NCBI RefSeq assembly: GCF_902713615.1
Contig: NC_052149.1
Span: 198,582,059 to 198,646,058, forward strand
Length of the DNA: 64,000 bases
Origin: Scyliorhinus canicula
Taxonomy: Eukaryota
Reading direction: 5' to 3'
The translations under genes and the position numbers were made by a program. Positions 24,588 through 32,789 of this stretch are shown here, piece by piece; the stretch's first letter is position 1, and each line of letters begins with the position of its first letter. A model generated the notes under the pieces. The model was not told the origin of the DNA and searched no databases. It saw only the letters and a program-made list of their open reading frames with translations.

Positions 24588-25976
24588 ATGGCTGAATCAG
24601 TGAAAAGCAAGCGAGGCAGAGAGAAGTTCTGTCATGAAGGTTTTATATATCGTTTTGACAAAGAAAGCAAGAAACAAAAGCAAGTTAAGTTTTGGCGATG
24701 CCATGAGGATGGTAGGTGCAAGGCCCGCATTCACACGTTAGAAAGAGAGGTGATCGAAAAGATCAACGAACATACTCATCCCCCATCTGCAGTTGCTATC
24801 GAAGTGGAAAAGGTCATAACTGATGCGAGAGACCGGGCTGAAAAGACTTGTGAGCCTCCAAGTACGCTTATCAACAAGTGCATTGAAAAAATGTCCGTGG
24901 CAGGTATGGCACAGTTACCAAACAGGCAGGCAATGCGAAAAATTATTCGTAGAAAACGAGACAAAGTTAATCAGGTCCCCGATAATCCAAGATCGATTCA
25001 AGAGCTTCAGTTACCTCATGAATACATGATGTATAAACCCACCCCAGAAACCGAGGAAAATTTCTGTTTAAAGGATAGTGGTATGAACAACGAACGGATT
25101 ATTATATTTGGGAGAGAGAGTTGGTTAGAACACATGGCAACTTCCACGACTTGGTATGCTGACGGAACATTTGCGGTAGCACCGCACCTATTTTATCAAG
25201 TTTATATCATCATGGTTAGGAAAAATAACGGAGTTCACCCTGTATTGTACGCGCTTTTACAAAACAAACAGTATGCGACCTATATTATGTTATTTGCGAT
25301 GGTAAAAGAGATGATTACAAATGCAGGACATGCCATTATCAATTGTGATTTTGAACGCGCTGTTTTTACTGCCATGAAAGACTCCTTCCCCAATATAGAA
25401 GTAAGAGGCTGCCTTTTTCATCTGTCTCAAAATATACTGAGTCTGTATCCCGATTTTGCATTACATTCGAAAATGATAACTGCCCTATGTTTTGTGCCAG
25501 TTGACGACCTTGACAGTCACGTGGATTCTTTAGCAGGTAATTTACCGGAGGAGTTAATTCTGGTTTTAAACTATTTCGAAGACAATTATATCGGCCGTCC
25601 TAATCGCCGAGGAACAGGCAGACGAAGTCCTTTATTTCCTACCGAGATGTGGAATATGTATCAAAGAACATTAGATGGGGATGACAGAACAAATATCTAT
25701 GCTGAGGCGGCCAACAGGAGATTGAAAAGTGAACTGTTACTGTCACACCCAACTATCTGGAAATTCATTGATGTCCTTAAGCATGTTCAAAAGGGAAGAG
25801 ACGAGCACTTCGAGAAACTTTTAGCTGGCAATGAACCTCAATTAAAATTACTTAAATATAGAAAAGCTGATGAGAGAATATTGAAAATTGTTTCCGAATA
25901 TGGCAGCAGGAATGAAATTGACTTTATTTCCTACCGAGATGTGGAATATGTATCAAAGAACATTAGATGGGGATGA
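24588..25976 (+). CDS. FLYWCH zinc finger + MULE DDE transposase (462-aa ORF; native C-terminus displaced by an internal duplication)
   Basis: FLYWCH: GFIYRF..FWRC....CKARIHT...HTH. Catalytic motifs WYADGTF, INCDFE, GCLFH and RTN.YAE. Confidence 0.9.
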   Translation: MAESVKSKRGREKFCHEGFIYRFDKESKKQKQVKFWRCHEDGRCKARIHTLEREVIEKINEHTHPPSAVAIEVEKVITDARDRAEKTCEPPSTLINKCIEKMSVAGMAQLPNRQAMRKIIRRKRDKVNQVPDNPRSIQELQLPHEYMMYKPTPETEENFCLKDSGMNNERIIIFGRESWLEHMATSTTWYADGTFAVAPHLFYQVYIIMVRKNNGVHPVLYALLQNKQYATYIMLFAMVKEMITNAGHAIINCDFERAVFTAMKDSFPNIEVRGCLFHLSQNILSLYPDFALHSKMITALCFVPVDDLDSHVDSLAGNLPEELILVLNYFEDNYIGRPNRRGTGRRSPLFPTEMWNMYQRTLDGDDRTNIYAEAANRRLKSELLLSHPTIWKFIDVLKHVQKGRDEHFEKLLAGNEPQLKLLKYRKADERILKIVSEYGSRNEIDFISYRDVEYVSKNIRWG

Positions 25977-26213
25977 CAGAACAAATAACTATGCTGAGGC
26001 GGCCAACAGGAGATTGAAAAGTGAACTGTTAATGTCACACCCAACTATCTGGAAGTTCATTGATGTCCTTAAGCATGTTCAAAAGGGAAGAGACAAGCAC
26101 TTCGAGAAACTTTTAGCTGGCAATGAACCTCAATTAAAATTACTTAAATATAGAAAAGCTGATGAGAGGATATTGAAAATTGTTTCCGAATATGGCAGCA
26201 GGAATGAAATTGA
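25630..26213 (+). repeat. 292-bp tandem duplication inside the transposase 3' end
   Basis: Copies at 25630-25921 and 25922-26213; 5 substitutions counted; CT microhomology at the junction. Confidence 0.92.
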
Positions 26214-26506
26214 CTACCTTCGTTCAATAGGGCACAATTTAACAAACTAAATGCGTTTTTTCCAATGAATATCCAATGAATGTCCAATTAACTTTCCTTT
26301 TAATGATTGATTTTATGAACTTATAGATTTGTAAATTGTTTTAATGTACTGTTTTTGGATCTTTATAAGTGGATCTTTTACAATAAAAACATTTAGTTAA
26401 CACTTAAGTTTTATTTCATTTTATGCACTTACAGATTTGTAAATTGCTTAGTGCCAAAAAAATTCTGTCATAACTATATGACATCATTGGAGAATTTTTT
26501 TTTTCT

Positions 26507-26670
26507 GGCGCTGAAAAGTCCTGGCGCTGAAACGGCAGCGCTGAAACGGCGGCGCTGAAACGGCGGCGCTGAAACGGCGGCGCTGAAACGGCGGCGCTGA
26601 AACGGCGGCGCTGAAACGGCGGCGCTGAAACGACGGCGCTGAAACGGCGGCGCTGAAACGTCCCGCACCC
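26507..26670 (-). repeat. Right terminal array: 11 copies of a GGCGCTGAAA-type core, mostly 14-bp period
   Basis: (GGCGCTGAAACGGC)n, the inverse of the left array. Confidence 0.92.
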
Positions 26671-27307
26671 CTACTGAGGCCCTCACGATACTCAAACGCA
26701 TCTACGTGCGGCCCGTGAATGACGTCTACGCATGACATATCTTCACTACTTGCCGCCAGCGCCCCAGGGAGTCGCTAAATGACTATCTGCGCGACGTCAA
26801 AGCCCTCACGCGCGACTGTAACTATCAGGCCGTTACAGCCACACAGCACATGAACTGGCCGTCTGAGACGTTTACATTGCGGGGGTCTGATCGAACTATG
26901 TGAGGCAGCGCCTGCTCGAAAAAGGGGCCCTGGACCTGGTGGACACGGTAAAACTGGCGACCTCACAGGAGGTCGCTTTTCAGAGTCTCACTGCGTTCGC
27001 AGCTGATCACGCGACTCCCTCGTGGGCCCCTGACCAGTGACTACCCCAGGCCTGCGCCACGCAGTCGCCCGCCCACCACCGGGGGGGGGATATCTTGCCA
27101 TTTTTGCGGCCAGCCGTAACACTCCCGGCAACAATGCCCGGCCCGCAACGCGAACTGCAGCAGCTGCGGGCGAAAAAGACACTTCGCAAAGGTCTGCCTG
27201 GCCAAGCCTAAACACTCGAACTCGAACGCACAAACGCGATCCACTGACTCTCAGGCCCGCCGACCCCATAATGTGGCAGCGTTTCTGCCGACCCCGACTC
27301 CGCACAA

Positions 27308-27523
27308 CACGTGCGGCTCACGGGGGCCACCATCTTGGCCATCCTCCCCCACGCGGCCAGCCACGTGCGATCCATGGGGGCCGCCACCTTGGGCACCACC
27401 TTCCTCGTCACCCGCCACGTGCGATCCATGGGGGCTGCCATCTTGGGCGCCATCTCACTCGCCGCTCGCCACGTGCGATCGACGAGGGCCGCCATCTTGG
27501 CCATCACCTGCTACGCCGCTCGA
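27308..27523 (+). repeat. Four 54-bp tandem units between the gag knuckles and the protease
   Basis: CACGTG at 27308, 27362, 27416 and 27470; translate as (A/N)TCxxxG(P/L)PxW repeats. Confidence 0.85.
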
Positions 27524-28042
27524 CGCATGCAAGCTGCACGGACAGTCATCGCGGGGCTGCCCCAGCACCGCTGAACATGCCGCCAACTACCCTCAACTCA
27601 GTACAGTCACCTTGGACCAGTCAAGACCCAAGCACCTCAAGAGCTCCATGAAGGCCGTCCGGGTTGATGGATACGAGACACCTTGCCTGTTCGACTCCGG
27701 GAGCACCGAGAGCTTTGTCCACCCGGATCTGGTAAGACGCTGTTCACTCCCGATATTCCCGACGCAACAAACAATCTCCCTCGCCTCTGGGTCGTACTCA
27801 GTACAAATCCAAGGGCGCACTACTGCAACCTTAACGATACAGGGCACCGAGTATATTAATTTTCAATTGTACGTGCTCCCAGACCTCTGCGCCCTCTCCT
27901 TTTAGGACTCGATTTTCAGTGCAATCTCAGGAGCCTAACTCTTAGTTTTGGCTGACGCCTGCCCCCGCTCACTATATGCAGCCTCGCAACACTAAAAATT
28001 GACCCCCCTCTCCTCTTCGCTATACCTCACAGGAGGTATAGT

Positions 28043-28987
28043 ATGCAGGACAGGGCATTTATTAGGTCCGAGGTCCAGTGTCTCTTGCGGGAAGGAGTCA
28101 TAGAAGCCAGTAATAGCCCCTGGAGAGCTCAGATGGTGGTCGTCAAGACCGGGGAAAAGTTCCGGATGGTGGTTGATTACAGCCAGACCATTAACCGGTT
28201 TACTCATCTTGATGCGTACCCCCTTCCCCAGATTGCAGACATGGTAAATCAGATCGCGCACTACCGCATGGTCTCCACGGTGGATCTGAAGTCTGCATAC
28301 CACCAGCTCCCAATCTGCCCGGAGGACCGCCACTACACGGCGTTTGAGGCAGACGGCCGACTTTTTCATTTTCTCCAGGTCCCCTTTCACGTCACGAACG
28401 GGGTTTCGGTGTTCCAACGAGCGATGGACCGAATGGTGGACCAGTACGGGCTGCGGGTCACGTTTCTGTACTTGGACAACGTCACCATCTGCGGCCATGA
28501 TCAGCAGGACCACGACACCAACCTCCATCGATTTCTCCAAACCGCCCAAAAACTTAACCTCACTTACAACAAGGAGAAATGCGTTTTCCGCACTACCAGG
28601 CTAGCCATCCTCAGCTACGTCGTGGAAAACGGGGTCCTAGGACCTGACCCTGACCGTATGCGCCCCCTCCTACAACTCCCTCTCCCTCACTGTCCGAAGG
28701 CCCTCAAGAGGTGCCTTGGATGTTTTTCCTATTACGCGCAGTGGGTCCCCCAGTATGTGAGCAAAGCCCGCCCACTATTTAAAGCCACCCTTTTCCCACT
28801 GTCAGCCGAGGCTCGCCAGGCCTTCAACTGCATCAAGGCGGACATCGCCAAAGCCACCATGAGTGCGGTGGATGAGTCTGTCCCCTTCCAGGTGGAGAGC
28901 AACGCTTCAGAGGTCGCTCTCGCCGCCACCCTTAACCAAGCAGGCAGGCCAGTAGCGTTTTTTTTCACGCACCTTCTTCACCTCTGA
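28043..28987 (+). pseudogene. Gypsy reverse transcriptase / RNase H ORF fragment
   Basis: SNSPWRAQMVVVK, DAYPLP, STVDLKSAYHQ, YLDN, VESNASEVALAATL. Confidence 0.9.
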
Positions 28988-29158
28988 ACTTCGACACTCC
29001 TCGGTCAAAAAGGAAGCTCAAGCCATCATGGAAGCTGTGCGGCACTGGAGGCACGACCTCGCTGGTAGGAGGTTTACCCTCATCACCGACCAAAGATCGG
29101 TTGCCTTCATGTTTGATAATTCGCAGCGGGGCAAGATCACAAATGATAAGATCTTGAG

Positions 29159-29449
29159 GTGGTGAATGTATAAGTACTGTTAATTCACCAGTATACTGTG
29201 TTGCATTATACAATGCCATTAACCCTGTGGGCTCCATCTATGGGACACTGTGTGGCTTCACCCACAGGGGGAGATGTGGAGCATGTACGGGCTCTGCCCA
29301 TGGCTCCACCCCTTATAGGAAGTATAAGAGCAGAAGATCTGCGGGACTGCCTTCAGTATTGTACCGGTCGCAGGCAGGCAAAGTTGTAAGCTGATTAAAA
29401 CCACTGTTTACTTCGACTCGAGTCTCCGAGTGAATTGATGGTCGCATCA
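29159..29449 (+). repeat. 3' LTR (first base lost in the deletion)
   Basis: About 22 substitutions and one 3-bp indel versus the 5' LTR by manual count. Confidence 0.9.
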
Positions 29450-30612
29450 CTGGCCTAGCGGGCCGGAGAATCCTGCCCCATCTTAGTTGTTTTGTTTTAA
29501 AACAGCTGTATCAATTTGTCCTGCCACTTTCAAAGAGTTATCTATAGGAACCCAAGGTTTCTTTATTCTGGCACCCCTTTAAAATTAACTTATCTCTTTT
29601 TTTTCCTTTTTTTAATATATTTTTGCAATAAAGTCTCGAATCATAGCAACTTTTTAATGTCTTATCAGCTTGAAGTGCTTCCTTTCATTTTCTGTGAACC
29701 TGCAACCCCAAATCTCTCCGTTCTTGCACTGTAGTACCAATCCTTCTTCCATTCAGAGGATGATTACTGCCGTTATATTTTTAAGTCAAAATTCATGACT
29801 CCACAGTTCCTAACATTGGATTCCAATTGCCACTATTGTCCATTCCTCCATCTTATCGATATCCCTTTGCATTTTTCTTTGGTATTCTGAAGAATTAACT
29901 ACACCTCCTCTTTTGATATTATCAGAAAATCTCTTCTTTAACAAGGTCAGAAACCCCTTACTTCTCTGTCGTATACTGGACTCAGCTAAAATTTGAATGC
30001 CGTTCCATCTAGTCAGATAAGGTAAACCTTCTCCAATTATAATTCTTGATATTTCGACCCAGACATGGAAATGTGAAATGCAGGTATAATTTTTTTGATA
30101 TGACTTGTGCTCTGAACTGGCATTGATGTTGGGATTCACAAAGTTTACCAGAGTTCCATTACTCTGACTGGGCAAAGGAACATGCAAGTGATGGTTATCA
30201 TGGAGGAGTCCTGACTCATCAGCTAAGGAGGGTGGAGGTTTCCTCATCCATGTCTAACCATCAGCCATGGGATTTCATGGAATCCAGAGTCAATGTTTAT
30301 AAGACACAAAGCCACTCCCCAAGGTCTGTGTACCTCTCTTCCCCCATATCTGGCAGCTCAATGTTCACTTTTAGTAGCACCAGATTTTTAAGAACTGAAC
30401 TGTTTTACTGACAGGTGTTTGGAGAAATGTTTTGTCCATCAACAGAAATTACATGTTCAGTGACCACTCATGAATCAGTTTCCACCTTTTGAACAAAATA
30501 GACAAGTTGTATGATCCGCCATCATCATATGTTTTTCCACTAAAATCTGAACAAATGTGGCTTCTAATTGTGGCAGGAGGGCCTGACTACCTCTAGCTTA
30601 ATTAAACACCAG

Positions 30613-30800
30613 AGCGGCACGGTGGCACAGTGGTTAGCACTGCTGCCTTACTGCACCAAGTTTCCAGGTTCAATGCTGGCCCCAGGTCACTGTCCGTGTG
30701 GAGTTTGTACATTCCCCCTGTGGGTCTCACTCCCACACCCCAAAAGCTGTGCGGTGTAGATGGATTCACCACGCTAAATTGCCCCTTAACTGGAAAAAAA
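30613..30800 (+). mobile_element. Short tRNA-head SINE
   Basis: GGCACGGTGGCACAGTGGTTAGCACTGCTG head; CTAAATTGCCCCTTAACTGGAAAAAAAA end. Confidence 0.75.
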
Positions 30801-31229
30801 ACCCCCTAAAACTGATATTTGAATACAATGTTCACAGTTAGTCAAATAATGCATTTTTCTATGAGGAGAAATGCAGGATATCACATCATGCACAAAGGAT
30901 CATTTTGTTGCTCTAGCAGAAACATCTTTTTTAAGGCAAGGGAGTATAATTTTTATCAATTGAGGTTTATTAGCTATGCAGTGAAGGAACTGTACAGATT
31001 ATAAAATGCTTCTGTGAATTTTAGCTTGCAGTCTTAATAATTAATAATTGCATCATTTGTATAACACTTATTGAATGAAGAAATGCCTTTGGATGTTTTA
31101 TTATGTTACAAGTGGTATATAAGTATAGATTTGCAGTTTATTTTACTCAGTAATGGGATGTGGGCATCATTGGTAAGGTCAACATTTATTGCTCATCCCG
31201 AATTGCTCTTTTTAGAGGTGGCAATAAAA

Positions 31230-31760
31230 AAATATTAATGCTAAGCCAAAGAAGGAGAAGGGGTGTTTAAAAGCTTGACCAAAGAGAGTTTGAAAGAGAA
31301 TCCTAAGGGCGAGAGGAAGCTGTCAAGGCAGAGGGAAGAGGGAGGAAATTTTCGAAGTGTGAAACCTAGCTGGATGAAGGCACAATAACAATGGTAGCAT
31401 GAACTGGATTATGCACAAGAGGTCAAGGGATGAGAAACGAAGACTTCAGAGAAGTTGTATGATGGAGGAAGTTACAGAATTAGGAAGGTCAAGGCCAGTC
31501 CCATGTGCTTTTAAATGCAGGGATGAGAATGTTAAATTTGAAATGTTTGCAGACCTTGAGACAATGTAGGATATGAAGAAAAGAAGAAAAGGGTGAACAG
31601 GATTTGGTGCAGTATAAGATATGGGCAGCACAGTTTTAAAGACAGTTGAGTTGGAAGGTTGGTGAAGAAAATTTTGGAGGTGACAAGTTGTAGATGAGTT
31701 TTTCAGCCGCAGATGACGAAATGGAGCAGAGGTCGATTATATTGTGAAAGTAGGTGTAGT
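31230..31760 (-). mobile_element. Old L2-like LINE fragment
   Basis: Purine-rich + strand with AAATGCAGGGATGAGAATGTTAAATTTGA-type L2 3' ORF sequence. Confidence 0.5.
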
Positions 31761-31926
31761 TAGAGAGATCTACCATGCGGATTTAGTGAAGTCTTGCGAC
31801 ACTAAAACTCAGTAGAAATTTGAGTTAAACTTCTCGAATGCAACAAGAATCTTTAATTGCCTCTATTTGATTACAATTATGAGAAATTTAAATCTATTCT
31901 CAATAAAGTCCGGCTAGCAAAGGACT

Positions 31927-32558
31927 TAAATCCCGCCCCCACTGTGTCCCGAATTCTCCACCACCCGAGATTCGGTGGGGGTGGGAATCGTGCCCCGCCG
32001 GTCGGTGGGCCCCCCGCGGCGATTCTCCGGTCCGCGATGGGACGAAGTCCCGCCGCTGACAAGCCTCTCCCACCGGCGTGGATTAAACCACCTACCTGAC
32101 CGGCGGGAATGGCGGCGCGGGCGCTGGGGTCCTGGGGGGGGGGGGGGGGGGCGCGGGGCGATCTGACCCCGGGGGGGTGCGCCCATGATGGCCTGGCCCG
32201 CGATCGGGGCCCACCGATCAGCGGGCGAGCCTGTGCTGTGGGGGCACTCTTTTTCTTCCGCCTTCGCCATGGTCTTCACCATGGCGGAGGCGGAAGAGAC
32301 CCCCTCCCCTGCGCATGCGCCGGGATGACGTCAACAGCCACTGACTCTCGAGTGCATTCGCGGACTAGCGATGTCCTTTTGGCCCCAGCCAGCGGAGCGG
32401 GGACCACTCCGGCGTGGGCCTAGCCCCTCATGTGAGGGCTTGGCCCCTAACGGTGCGGAGACTTCCGCACCTTTGGGGTGGCCCGACGCCGGAGTGGGTC
32501 ATGCCACTCCAACACGCCGGGACACCCCGCCCCGCCGGGTAGGGGAGAATACCGGCCC
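31927..32558. mobile_element. Left-truncated Harbinger-type MITE (same family as 9643-10348)
   Basis: Collinear with about 9695-10348; right TIR GGAGAATACCGGCCC. Confidence 0.8.
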
Positions 32559-32789
32559 AGATCTATCAGGAAATAGTTGATTACTATCAGTACAGTATAA
32601 GATATGGGCTGCATAGTTTTAAAGACAGTTGAGTTGGAAGGTTGGTGAAGAAAATTTTGGAAAGTCCAAAGCCTGGAGGTGACAGGTTATAGCTGAGTTT
32701 TTCAGCCGCAGATGGCGAAATGGAGCAGAGGTCGAATATATTGTGGATGTAGGTGTCGTCTTTGATGGAGAGATTATGGGAACTGTATG

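Larger units (their letters stand above)
24246..26670 (+). mobile_element. Mutator-superfamily (MULE, Phantom-like) DNA transposon with tandem-repeat terminal inverted arrays
   Basis: GGG...CCC termini; TSD CTACTGAG (24238-24245 and 26671-26678; 9 bp CTACTGAGG if the left end is shifted by one base); inverted TTTCAGCGCC arrays at both ends; FLYWCH-MULE ORF. Confidence 0.93.
23721..29449 (+). mobile_element. Gypsy LTR retrotransposon (gag-PR-RT-RNase H, integrase deleted), disrupted by a Mutator-like element
   Basis: LTRs at 23721-24008 and 29159-29449; exact 5-bp TSD CTGGC (23716-23720 and 29450-29454). gag ATG at 24033 (MESALKPDRL), zinc knuckles near 27090-27200, protease LFDSGSTESF, RT, RNase H. 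Confidence 0.92.
22921..29478. mobile_element. Short Harbinger-type MITE expanded by a nested MITE and a nested Gypsy element
   Basis: Ends CAGCGGTATTCTCC / GGAGAATCCTGCCC; its own sequence is 22921-23017 + 23653-23720 + 29450-29478. Confidence 0.65.

Noticed and set aside
24246-26670. 14-bp arrays as a CRISPR array
   Set aside because: Units are too short, have no unique spacers, are inverted at the two ends of a TSD-flanked transposon, and there are no cas genes; the context is eukaryotic.
27308-27523. 54-bp repeat/linker array as CRISPR-like
   Set aside because: The variable parts resemble each other and the array is in frame within a Gypsy polyprotein.
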